Assembly: GCA_030390025.1 (NCBI GenBank)
Contig: CM059432.1
Location: 75,642,001 to 75,706,000, forward strand
Direction: 5' to 3'
Origin: Squalus acanthias
Lineage: Eukaryota
DNA: 64,000 nt
Shown piece after piece: positions 34,905 through 46,494 of this stretch (positions within the stretch are counted from its first letter, which is position 1; every line of letters begins with the position of its first letter). The notes beneath the pieces are model-generated. The model was not told the DNA's origin. It ran no database searches and saw only the letters and a list, made by a program, of their open reading frames with translations. The position numbers were made by a program, and so were the translations under genes.

Positions 34905-37590
34905 GGAAGGTGGTGGTGGGCCTTCTCCTTAAACCACTGTAATCTTTGTTGTAATGGTGCTCCTACAATGGCATTAGGTAGGAAATTCCATGGTCGCTGG
35001 GTCAAAATCCTGGAACTCCCTACCGAACAGCATTGTGGGAGTACCTTCACCACATGGACTGCAGCGGTTCAAGAAGAAGGCTCACCACCACTTTCTCAAG
35101 GGTAATTAGGGATGGGCAATAAATGCTGGCCTTGCCAGCATCGCCCACGTCTTGAAAATTAAAAAAATACTGACCCAGCGATGATGAAGGAATGATGGTC
35201 AGTATATGCCCAAGTGTGTGACTTGAGGGAAACTTGCAAGTGACGGTGTTCCCATGATCTTACTGCCTTTATCCTTCTTGGCAGTTGCAGAGCTGGGAGG
35301 TATTATCATAGTAAGCTTAATGAGTTGCTGTAGTGCATCTTGTAGATTATACATATTGCAGACACATGGTGGAGGGGGTGGATATTGAGCTTAGTGTCCA
35401 GGGCACTGATCAAGTGGACTGCTCTGTCCTGGATGGTGTTGAGCTCTTTGAGTATTATGGCTGCACCTAACTGGGCGCGTATTCCATCACACTTCTGACT
35501 TGAGCCTCATAGATGGTGGAGAGGCTTTGAGGGGTCAGGACGTGAGTCAACCGTTGCAGAGTACCCAGCATCTGCCCTGCTCCTGTAGCCACAGTGTTGA
35601 TATGGCTGGTCCAGTTCAGCTTCTAGTCAATGGTGACCCTCAGGATGTTGATAGTTGGGGACTTAGTGGTTGAAGGTGGAGGGCTTTAATTTGGCATTCT
35701 CTTGTTGATGGTCATAGCCTGGCCCGAATGTTACCTGCCTCTTGTCAGCCCAATCCTGGATGTTGTCCAGGTCCTGCTGTAGATGGGCATGGCCTGCTGC
35801 ATTATTGGAGGAGTTCTAATGGGAACTGAGCACTGTGGAATCATCAGTGAAGAGTTCTAATCCTGACCTTGTCCTGACCGAGGGAAAGTTATTGATGAAA
35901 CAGCTGAAAATGGTTCGACCAAGAGCACTGCCATTAGAAACATCTACATCAATGTCCTGGGGCTGCAATGATTGGGCTCCAGCAGCCACGACCATCTTCC
36001 TGTATGTTAGGTATGACTTCAGCCACTTTATCTCAGTTTTGCTAGGTCTCCTTGGTACCATACTCGGTTGACTGCTGCATTGATGTCAAAGGCAGCTACT
36101 CTGCCTCTCCTCTGGAATTCAGCTCTTGCATCCATGTTTGGATCAAGGTTGTAATAAATTCAGCAGCTTAACGGTTCTGGTGGACCCTGAACTGAGCACC
36201 AGTGAGCAGGTTATTGGTGAGTAGATGCCACTTGATGGTGCTATTGGTTACTTCCTCCATCGCTTTGCTGATGGTTAGGAGGAGGATGCTAGGGTGATAT
36301 TTGGCCAGGTTAGATTTGTCCTGCTTTTCTGTAGATAGGATATAGCAGGGCAATTTACCACATTGTCAAGCAAATGCCAGTATCATAGCTGCCTTGGAAT
36401 AGCTTGGTTAGGGATTGCCTAGTTCTGGCATACTTCAACACTACAGCCCAGATGTTATCAGGACCCAGTGCCTTTACTACGTCTTATATTCTCAGGTGCT
36501 TCTTAATATCATGTGGAGTGAATCAAATTGGCTGGTTAATGGCATCTATGATAGTGGGGACCCCAGGAGGAGGCCAAGTAGGATCATCCACTCAGCACTT
36601 TTGGCTGAAGACACTTTGCAAGCATGTCAGCCTTTTCCCGTAGACTCACGTATTGGGCTCCATGACGGTTGAGGATGGAGATATTCATGAATCCTCACCT
36701 TCCCGTTAGTTGCCTGGTTGTCCAGCACCATTTTTGATTTGGATGTAGTAGGGCTACAGAGATTTGCTCTGATCCATTGGTCATGGGACTGCTTAGCTCT
36801 GTTTGTAGCCTGGGGCTTTTGGTGTTTTGCATGCAGGTAACCTTGTGTTGTAGTTTCACTAGATTGGTCGCTCATTCTAAGGTATGCCTAGTGCTGCTGA
36901 TGGCACGCCCTTCTGTACTCTGGATTGAGTCAGGGTTCATCTCTAGTCTAATGTAAATGGATGAGTAAGGGATGTGCTGGGTCATGAAATTACAGCTTGT
37001 GGTGGTGTATAATTCTGCTGCTGTTGATGGCCCACAGTGCTTCATGGATGCCTAGATTTGGGTAGCTGAATCTGTCGCTACCTCTAATGGGTCTATTCTG
37101 CCATTGGTGACTGGGTACTCCCAAGTAATATTATGGAGGACTCTGGGATATTGGCTGATAGATATGATTCTAAGAGAACAACTGTGTCAGACTGTTGCTC
37201 GATTAGTCTCTGGGACAGCTCTCCCAGCTTGGTAAGAGGGCTTTGCAGCGTTGACTGGGTTAGAATTTCCGGAGTCTTGTCTTGATTTAATGCCTAGGTT
37301 GTTGCTGATAGGTTTGTCCGATAATTCTCTTATTGTTCCAATAATGTAGAAACTGTTTTACAACTGAATGGCTTGCTGCAGAGGGCAATAAGAGTCGACC
37401 AGATATTGAGTCACATGTAGTTCAGACCAAGTAGGGGTGGCAGGTTCCCTTCCCTGAAGGACATTATTGTATCAGTTGGGGTTTTACGACAATCAAACAG
37501 TCCCCATGCTAATTTTTCTGGTGCTAGCCTACAGATTACCAGAATTATCAAATTTAGTTTCCCAACATCCCATGGTGGGAGATGAACTTA
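34905..37590 (-). mobile_element. Second, older copy of the tRNA-headed single-ORF LINE
   Basis: Collinear with 1547-4902 (KQDKSNLAKY, TIFSCFINN). 5' region 37362-37590 matches the SINE body and B-box. Probable A-box remnant beyond the MITE at 38685-38718. Confidence 0.85.
34995..35167 (+). mobile_element. Younger 3' fragment of the same LINE inserted antisense into the older copy
   Basis: AGSKSWNSLPNSIVGVPSPHGLQRFKKKAHHHFLKGN*, then 3' UTR and A-tail. Confidence 0.85.
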
Positions 37591-37592
37591 TT

Positions 37593-38682
37593 GGCCTTGA
37601 TTTAACACCAACCCCCCACCCCCAACCCCCCGCCGCACCCCTTGACAGGCGGGAGTGGGTCGGGAGGGTTGGTTAAATATCAGGATCAGGCAATGTGACC
37701 CCCTTCCCACCTCTTTAAATTTTGAAGTGCAGAAATCAGGCAATGTTTGAGGCTCCCGCAAAAGGCAGGCTAGGGCCTAATTAACATACAAAAGTCACGG
37801 CCTGATGACATATTCGGAGGTGCGACTTACATTTCACAGTAAGTGAGGGGGAGGCCCAAACTGAGGGATTCCTGGCAGCTGATCCGAGGCGGGAGCTGCC
37901 CCCTCTCCAAGGGAAGTGGCTCTTTTAGCATTCCTTGTGGGCCTTGTGGAGCAGGAGTTCTCACCCCAGGCACCACCAGGAAGCCTTCAGTGTCAGCTGT
38001 GGCTCAGTTGGTAGCACTCTCGCCTCTGAGCCAGAAGGTTGTAGGTCCTGGGTACCACTCCAGAGACTTGAGCACAAAAATCTAGGCTGACACTCCAGTG
38101 CAGTACTGAGGGAGTGCTGCACTGTCAGAGGTGCCGTCTTTCAGATTAGCCATTAAACCAAGGGCCCGTCTGCTCCCTCAAGTGGATGTAAAAGATCCCA
38201 AGGCACTATTTTGAAGACGAGCGGGGGAGTTATCCCAGGTGTCCTGGCCAATATTTATCCCTTAATCAACATCACTTAAAAAATAGGTTATCTGGTCATT
38301 ATCGCATTGCTGTTTTTGGGAGCTTGCTGTGCGCAAATTGGCTGCCGCGCTTCCTATATTACAGCAGTGACTACACTTCAAAAATTACTTCATTGTCTGT
38401 AAAGTGCTTTGGGACGTCCGGTGGTCGTGAAAGGTGCTATATAAATGCAAGTCTTTTTTCATCCTCCTCCAGCCTCAATCGCCAGCCTCCCCACAGCCCT
38501 ACCGATCTCAAACCTCCGCCCAGCCCTCCTGCCGTTAGTGTTCCCTCCTGGCTTCCGGGCGGGAGGCAGCCTTACAATATGCTAATGAGGACCTGCTGTT
38601 AAGATTGGCAGATCCTCTACGTCCCCAGCCTGGCCGTGTTCCCTATGCCACTGCGCTTCCTCGCACCCTCCCCGTAAATATC
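37593..38682. mobile_element. Harbinger-type MITE interrupted by a Deu-SINE
   Basis: Starts GGCCTTGATTTAAC; shared GGAGCAGGAG motif and GC-rich subterminal boxes. Right end degenerate. Confidence 0.55.
37990..38458 (+). mobile_element. Full-length tRNA-derived Deu-domain SINE (SacSINE1-like)
   Basis: A-box TGGCTCAGTTGG, Deu core GATGTAAAAGATCCCAAGGCACTATT...GGTGTCCTGGCCAATATTTATCCC, tail GCTATATAAATGCAAGTCTTT. Confidence 0.88.
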
Positions 38683-39455
38683 TATTATTGCTAATCATAA
38701 GCACCAGGCTACTACACCTTGATTTCTGTCTGCAGCTTCTGTGAATTTGAGCGAGTGATGATCAGCTTCAGGACAGGAAATAAATGCTGTTGAAAAATGT
38801 AGGAAATCCTTGAAATGGCTAGAATGTGACAGGAGAGTTCAACTGTTGTGTCGGTTTGATTTTGAGGCTTTTTGAAATTTGGTATGGATAGCCCACATCA
38901 AAGAATACAAAAGCACGTGCATGTGTACACAGACACACACTGAAAGAATTTAGTTTCTCTGACCTTGACTCTACAATTAAAGTAAACAGGAAAAATACAT
39001 CAAAAGCAGCACTTATTGATGAGGGCTGACTGGAGCTTAGGGAATTTGCAGTAGCAGGTTATCAGCAGAGCGCTGAGGCTTGCTCGAGTTTTCTTCTGCT
39101 CTCTCAGTTTATCGGCCGTCAATCTCCCACCTCTCCCACTGCTCAATTGGTAGAAATCTCACACTAATGGAAGGTGGATGCTTAATTTCTATAATCTGCC
39201 CAGACATCAGATTTAAATAAATCGAATGAAATTATCAAAGGTACTCTTTTTACCAGTTTGCACATCAGTTTATTGTATATGGGTTTAAAACCAGATATTT
39301 GTGCATTTCAAATATAACAAAAGCAGCTCTTTAAAGAAAATAAAGTTCCCAAGACTCATTTCACACTACATTTTAATCACAAAATATGTATGTTCAGGAA
39401 AAAATGGTGCATGATTTGCAGAGCAAATATTTATACAGGTTATTGTATTAAAATA

Positions 39456-39768
39456 CAGGTTGAGCGTCCAAAATCCGGCGTCCTGGAATCCGGAATGTTC
39501 CGGAATCCGGACTCCGGGACGATTGGTGGCAGGGTCGTCTGGAATCTGTAAAATGTTCCGGAATCCGGACACCCTGTCAAACTGGGCCTGGGCCCAGGCA
39601 TTTCCGGACTCGGAACGTGTTTCTGATGTCCGAAGTCCGGAAACGCCCAAGCCCAGGTTGCGATATTTCCGAACTTCGGACATCAGAAACACGTTCCAAA
39701 GTCCGGAAAAACAGGAAAACTGGCTCGGCCTCGGTCCCGAGGTTGCCGGATTCAGGACGCTCAACCTG
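39456..39768. mobile_element. Tc1/mariner (pogo/Tigger-like) MITE
   Basis: TA TSD. 24-bp TIRs CAGGTTGAGCGTCCAAAATCCGGC and CAGGTTGAGCGTCCTGAATCCGGC. Internal inverted repeat at 39601-39708. Confidence 0.92.
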
Positions 39769-40329
39769 TATTCCATTTATTAAAGGCGTAATTTCCCATT
39801 GCTTTCTCTGTGAGTTATTTGCTTAAATAGCACACACATAATTCATTGATAATTATTTTCATTTTAGTGATAGCTCAGAATTTAACTTTTTGTTTTCTCT
39901 GCTTCATTTAAACCATTGTTTCTTCCAGCTCTGAGTACCCTATGTATTGCACCATTCCCTGACTGAGGGCAGGCTGGTGACATGCTCCAAGGCCTCTGCC
40001 TATGCCCAACTGTGACCATCTGTTAAGAGGTGTGCATGAGTAGCCCTAGGGTGATTTAATCGCCAGTTTTCCCTCCGTTACTGTAGATTAGGTCTTCTGG
40101 TGACACAGCCAAGTTCAGACCCTTACTGGATGGGGTATTGAAGGAATGCAGTCTTCTCCCTATGATACTATGGCACAGTATATTGGAACATCACACCACA
40201 CTGTTAGCATGTAGCTCAAGACTTTTAATGGACACCAATTATTTTGCTTGGTTTACTTTCTGATTTCAAATCAGCTTAACAATTATCTTTTGGAGAAAGC
40301 ATTGTCACTGTGAATTATGTTTACCCTTA

Positions 40330-40477
40330 TATGGATATGCACTTGAAGTGCTGCAACCTACCAGGCAACGGACCAAGAGCTAGAAAGTGGGATTAGGCTG
40401 GATAGCTCTTTTTCAGCCGGCAGACACAATGGGCCGAATGGCCTCCTTCTGTGCCGTAAATTTCTATGATTCTATAT
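40330..40477 (+). mobile_element. CR1 3' tail fragment
   Basis: ATGGGCCGAATGGCCTCCTTCTGTGCCGTAAATTTCTATGATTCTAT. Confidence 0.8.
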
Positions 40478-41273
40478 GTTTCACTGGGTTAGTGCTTAAT
40501 AGATTCATACCTTTGCAAAGTAATTGTGTTGAAAGATTCACCAGAAGTTCAGGGTTGAATAACGAGATGTGAGGATGGATAAACAGTGGAGATGTGAAGG
40601 TAAATGACCAGTTTGGATTTTGCCCAGTTACCTTTGGGGATCAGAGATTTTAATGCACAAATTTCCTTCTGTCGTTGCGGAGTCCGTGATAGAATACATT
40701 GCACGTGGAAAGAGTAGACATGATGGGCAAATGGGCATTTTTTTCTGGCTACTGTTTTATATTCTTATGTAGAACCCAAGAACCAGATGTTTTCATCCAA
40801 TCAGGACTGAGGCAGATAAATTTGACTGATGTTGGGTAAGCAATTTCAGTCGAGGGTTCTCTGTTGACCACCATTGACTCTTAGGAAGCTGATCTTTTTA
40901 CTGGCTGGGATTAACTTTTCATTTTAACACAGTCCTCATTTAGCAAAGGAAATGTAGAAATCTGTGAAACAATTCCACTTGATCTAAAACAAGGGGTTGG
41001 ATTTTGCCAGTGTGGGCGGGCTGGGGCGTTTCAGGTGGTTTCCCTGTCAGGACCCCGACTCCGATGTGATGTGGGAAAAAAGTGTGATTTTCCCCTAATT
41101 GGGCATTTAAGTTCCAGCGTGTGGGAACCCCTGGCCCAATTAGTCTTTCCATCCAGAAAGTCACCTCCGATGACGTCATCAGTGCTGCTGCTTTTAAGGC
41201 CTGCAAGCAGCCTTGCTTCTTCTGGAGACTGCAATCTTTATGCTGATTGTACTGAGGAATTTATTGTACGAAT

Positions 41274-42890
41274 ATGTCCACCAGCAGGCAAAAATGTGCT
41301 CCACAATTTGATGAGCCCTCCCTCCAAGCTCTGGTGGAGGGAGCAAGAACCAATAAGGAGGTGCTCTTCCCTTCCTCAGGGAGAAAAAAGCCACCACAAC
41401 AAACTAAAGCTGTGTGGCTGCAAGTGGCCCGGGAGGTCAATGCCATCTCTATGTTCCGCAGAACCTGGCTGCAGTGCAGGAAGAGGTTTCATGACCTTCT
41501 CCGAACAGGAAAAGTGAGTATGACTTTCCCATCTCCCTCAATCTCATCCCCATCGCCTCTCCTCACCAGCACTCTGCTTTGCCAACCTCTTCCTCCACAT
41601 CCCACTTGACACTGACATCCCTGCACCCTTACCCATTCCCTCTCTCTCTATGGTCACATTCACTTAACTATTCGACCATTCACTTAACTAGCCCTCACAC
41701 TCTCTATCACTGTGATGCAATGACAACAACTTACAACACACAGGGAGGGCGCTTGGTATCTTTCTAAGCATCTATGCTATGGATTCTCTTCACTCACTCC
41801 TTCATTCTCACTCAAACTCCACTTCTGTCCCTCATTGCAGGAAAAGAGAGCACACAATAAGAGGGAAAGAGGGAGGACAGGAGGAGGGCCACCCTCAGTA
41901 GCCCAGCTCACCATTTCGGGGGAGGCGGCCCTGGAAATCGCCGGGATCGAGGAGGATTCCCAAGTAGGGGACGGACAGGCGGGCGCATCACAGCAAGCTG
42001 GTGACAGAATAGTTTGGCATCTCTCTCATTGACATTGCATGAGTCACTGATAATGAATCTGATGCTCTAACACATTGACTTATGATCATCTGCACTATTC
42101 AATGTGCATGTAAGGTTGACCTCACAGCTCTAACTCTTTCCTTTACTCCCCCACAGGACCATCGAGAGCCCCCGTCCCCACTGTCCATGAGGAAGAGTCT
42201 GAGCTTCCAGACTCCTCAGAGGAAGCTGCAACCTCTGAGGGCGCTCCGTCACCAGAATTAAGTGCACACATCACCAGCGTAGACACTCACACCTCGGTGG
42301 GACCTTCGGGACATAGAGTAGTGTTGTCACCTGGTGTATCACAGGTCACAAGTGAGTATCAGCAGATGGTGGAGACAGGGACAGCAGTGGAGAGTCCTCG
42401 TCGGAGGGCGCAGGACTCTGCCAGCTCGGCTCAGCTGCATGTCGACCCTGTGCCTCCGGGTCCATCCAGAAGGAGAGCGGTGCTGGAACTCCAGGAACAG
42501 GTGCAGGAGTCTCTGTCAGGTTTTGTCTCCAGGGTCGCTGCGAGTGTCGAGCGAATGGAGGAGTCCAGCGCGAACATGAGCAGAGCCTTTGTGGAGGCAT
42601 TGGCGCATGAACGCATCACCATGGAAAGGATGGCAACCTCCGTGGAAAGGATGGCTACAGTAGAGGAGAGGATGGCTATGGCCATGGAGGAGCTAAGTCG
42701 CCAGAGTGTAGAAAACATGGTCATTGTTCAGAATAGACTGGCATCTCTTGAGGAGCGATGGTCAGCTATTGAGCATAGAATCCAGACCTTCATGGAAGTC
42801 CTCTGGAGTCGGACTTCCAGTGCAGAAACGGGTCCTCATGGCCCCCCTGCAGTGCTGTCCAGCCACTTGCTAGCTCTGAAGTGGGGCTGA
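41274..42890 (+). CDS. Harbinger Myb/SANT-like DNA-binding protein, spliced (41274-41513, 41841-42000, 42157-42890; 377 aa)
   Basis: Myb/SANT motif W..VAREVNA...RTWLQCRKRFHDL. GT-AG introns of phase 0 and 1 keep the frame open. Coiled-coil-like ERMAT repeats. The homologous C-terminus continues out of frame to 43189. Confidence 0.85.
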
Positions 42891-43455
42891 CCCATGAGAG
42901 GGATGTTGGTGGCAGACAATAAGGAAGTGGGGGCTCCTCTCCAAGCGCTCACACAACCATGCCACTGCAGAGCCCTCGGTCAGAGCCCCACCAGAGTCCA
43001 CACCCAACTGAGATCGGCGTCTCAACCCCTGCACAGCCGCAGGAGCAGCAGACTGTTGCTGAGCCCTCACAGGCTCGCAACCCCAGAGGATGCCTGCCAA
43101 AGGTGTCGAAGCAGGAGCAGCAAGAGAGTGAGCTAGGGGCCTCCACTTCTGCTGAAGCCACAGGGGAAGCACGTGTAAGAGGAAGATAATGCACAAGTAG
43201 TCACAAGGGTAGTCACTTGGGTGTAATGCGTTTAATTTTGAAAAGCCATCAGGTGCTTATTGTCATAAAAAATTCTGATGGCAAACTGTTGCAGTTGTGG
43301 CGTATGTCATTTAGCTAATGGGACTTCCACATTGAGGGCTTAGGGTGACTTGCAATTGTCAGTATGGTGGTCAGAGTGATAGGAATCCGCAGGTTCATGG
43401 CCATTGTCGATGCTCTGGTAAGAGGCTGCGAGGCAAAAGTGCTTGATTGGCTAGG

Positions 43456-44457
43456 CTAAACAAATCTGACCAAAATGAGTGCATCCCTTGCATCCCGGCC
43501 AGCAATGTGCTCGCGTGCTGCTGCCGCTGGTTGATGCGCACCTGCAAGCTGTTCGTTGTCGCGCTCCTCCTCCTCCTCATCTGAGGAGGCTATGTGATGA
43601 GTCACTTGTTCCTCAGGCATCTGCAAGCCACGATGCTGTGCCATGTTGTAAAGTACACAGCAGACCACGACGATTCTGGAGACCCTAGCTGCTGAGTACT
43701 GCAGGGCTCCACCTGATCTATCAAGGCATCTGAAGCGCATCTTCAGCAAGCCGATGGTTTGTTCGATTATGTATCTGGTGGAAATGTGGCTGGAGTTGTA
43801 GCGCTCCTCAGCTTCGTTGGATGGGCTCATCAACGGCGTCATTAGCCACGTCTTCAGGGGATAGCCCTTGTCTCCAAGTAGCCATCCAAAAAGTTGGTCT
43901 GGCGGACTGAAGAGCGGAGGCACACTAGGCTGGCGCAGGATGAAGGAGTCATGGCAACTGTCAGGGTACTTGGCGCAAGCATGCAAAATTTCCTTCTTGT
44001 GGTCACACACCAGCAGTACGTTGAGGGAGTGGAAGCCCTTGCAGTTAACAAAAATACCTGGATTGTGATGGGGTGCCTTAAGGGCCACATGTGTGCAGTC
44101 AATGACACCCTGCACCCTTGAAAAGCCTGCCAGTTTGTCAAACCCAGCCGCACGCGCGGTTACACTGGCTTGATCCTTGGAGAAATTGATGTAATTGTGA
44201 GCGATGGCAAAGAGGGCATCGGTTACCTGCGTGATGCAAGTGTGTGTGGCCGCCTGGGAGACGCCGCTGATGTCTGCTGCTAATCCCTGGAATGAGCCTG
44301 AAGCAAAAAAGTTGAGTGCGGTGGTGACTTTGACGGCCACTGGTAAGGGGTATCCACCCGCTCCTCTGGGCTCCAGGTCTTGTTGCAGCATTGCACAGAT
44401 GTCACCCACTACCTCTCGCGAAAGTCGGAGCCTCCTTTGGCACTGCTGCTCAGTCAT
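43456..44457 (-). CDS. Harbinger DDE transposase (HARBI1-like), 333-aa open core; N-terminus 44450-44731 is offset by one base
   Basis: [23 protein letters not shown] and [16 protein letters not shown] are all intact; acidic C-terminus. Confidence 0.93.
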   Translation of the reverse strand: MTEQQCQRRLRLSREVVGDICAMLQQDLEPRGAGGYPLPVAVKVTTALNFFASGSFQGLAADISGVSQAATHTCITQVTDALFAIAHNYINFSKDQASVTARAAGFDKLAGFSRVQGVIDCTHVALKAPHHNPGIFVNCKGFHSLNVLLVCDHKKEILHACAKYPDSCHDSFILRQPSVPPLFSPPDQLFGWLLGDKGYPLKTWLMTPLMSPSNEAEERYNSSHISTRYIIEQTIGLLKMRFRCLDRSGGALQYSAARVSRIVVVCCVLYNMAQHRGLQMPEEQVTHHIASSDEEEEERDNEQLAGAHQPAAAAREHIAGRDARDALILVRFV

Positions 44458-45461
44458 ATTGAGGTAGCTGATCCTCTGTCTGTAGACCCTGTTTTGGGGG
44501 GTATCTCCTGCGCCGACGGGCTTCCATACACTGGCGCCTTCTGGCCTGTGCAGCTTCAGGTGGGTGAGCAGCAGCTTGGAGCTCCTGCTGTTGCTCCTGC
44601 AGTTGGTGCTGCTGTTGTTCAGGGTTCTGCTGCTGCCGCGGCTGGTCTTCGTCCGAATCTGATGTCCAGGAGGAAAGGAAATAAATAGTTCCCATTCTTC
44701 TGGTATATACCTCAGTTGAGGAAGCGCTCATTCAAGTTGGGGAGAGGGGTTTCCCAGGAGGTCACACTGGAGATGGGTGTCAGGCTCCAAACTTCCAGAA
44801 CATTGAGTAGGCCTGCTAAATGTTCCCCCAGACCTGAGACAACAAACTGCAAATGATGATTGCTGAAAACTCCTTTTTAATGGGGGAGCTGCAGCTGTTA
44901 GTAAGCAGTCAACTTGTGATGCCGCCAGGATTCACTGGCATGTTCCAGAGGAGACGTGCAGCATGTGGGAAAAGTGTTAAAATCAGAAAGGCCTCTCAAA
45001 AATGGGATAATAGAGGCTAGTAACTGATTGTTAAGGGCCTTAAGGGCCTATCCCGCCTCTTGGAGGCGGGATGGAAATGGGGTCAGAAAACACGCATGTG
45101 GGAAAATTGCTCGGAGGCGGGATGGAGGCGGGATCGGGCCCGCCTGCCATTTTTGGCGATTTTAACAACTCCCACGCCTCCAATCCCGCCTCCTCGGGCC
45201 TGGCAAAATCCAGCCCAAGGTGTGCATTCCATCTTGGCACTACTTACCTTGCAGTATGGTTTTTTGTTATGTGTACACCCTTGTAAATAAAGTTGTGGAA
45301 AATCCCTATGCACTTATCAAGATGACAGTGTTTGTTTTTGTTAAAAATAAACACCTTTCCAGTTGCATGTGCAGTTTGTTAGCATAATGTTATCAGTACT
45401 ATACTGCTGCTGTTGGGATTTCAATTTGCAGTTGAATGAAAAAGAGCCTTGAAAACCCATA

Positions 45462-46082
45462 GGGCTGGATTTTCATTGACCCGTGGAGGTGGGCTTGGAG
45501 GCGTGTGGGGGGTTAAAATTGCGAAAACTGGCGGGCGGGCACAAGCCCGCCTCCATCCCACCTCCACGCAATTTTAGAGGCGGGATAGGCTGTTAAGGCC
45601 CTTAACAAGCACTAAATTGCCTCTATAATGCCATTTTGAAAGGCTTTTGTGATTTTAACCCTTTTCTGTGTGAAGCACACCTGTTCTGAACCACGAATGT
45701 GAAACCTGGCAGGGAGCACAGGCTGGCTGGCTATGTGGAGGAGACATATTTAGGAGTGGTGGTCTAAAAATATCTGGGAGCAGTGGTGTAAAAATATCTG
45801 GGAGCAGACTTAGGGCTGCTGCTGCTCATTTTGCATCCAGGTCCTCTCACAGCAAAGGCCAGCCAGTCCTTACAGACCTTCAATGCAGCAGCAATGATGA
45901 CATCATCAGAGGCGACTTTCAGACTGAAAACACTAATTGGTTCATGGGTTCCCACATGCTGGAACTCAATTGCCCAATTAGGTGAAAATTGCATCAATCT
46001 CCCACATCCAATTGCAGTCGGGTGGATAACACGAAAAGTGGATGACATGACCCCAACCTGCCACAGTATCAAAATCCAGCCC
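45462..46082. mobile_element. Harbinger MITE related to the adjacent autonomous-type element
   Basis: Perfect 12-bp TIR GGGCTGGATTTT, TSD ATA. Both subterminal regions resemble those of 40994-45216 in inverted orientation. Confidence 0.92.
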
Positions 46083-46494
46083 ATAGTGTCATGAGTTTGA
46101 CTTTTTAAGGTCTCCTTATAAATTCAGATCATTTTTGCTTCATATTGCCCGTCACTTTAAAAAAATAGTATTTTGTACTGCAGAGTGGTACGATGCACAT
46201 TTATCCTTGTGATCTTAGCCATGCCATCAGAGAGAACATTAGAGAAAAGGGAGGTTCTTTTCTAGAGGAGCTAGGTAACATCAGAGGCTAGTTAACAGCA
46301 GGCTGCTTTTAAGCAGTTCCCATTACCTGGTTCATGAACAGCACTGGCACAGGCTGGTCACTGAACATGCATGGCTCAAAGAGCAAAGAAATCTAATTTT
46401 AAGGGATAAATCTAAAGTAAGTTTCATTAGACTTGCTTACTTAGATAGACCTTAAGATTTGACAAGCAAATGTTCACATTTTTAGGCATATAAA

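Larger units (their letters stand above)
40994..45216 (-). mobile_element. Near-intact autonomous-type PIF/Harbinger transposon (4223 bp)
   Basis: TIRs GGGTTGGATTTTGCCAG and GGGCTGGATTTTGCCAG (16/17), perfect AAG TSD, two convergent genes. Confidence 0.97.

Noticed and set aside
43456..44457. Domesticated host genes HARBI1 or NAIF1/MSANTD
   Set aside because: The ORFs lie within TIRs and a TSD and have several decayed paralogues in the window, so they are transposon genes. No gene symbol assigned.
44490..44502. Programmed -1 frameshift at C CCA AAA in the transposase
   Set aside because: Restoring the frame needs +1, not -1, and related copies are in frame with one fewer C.
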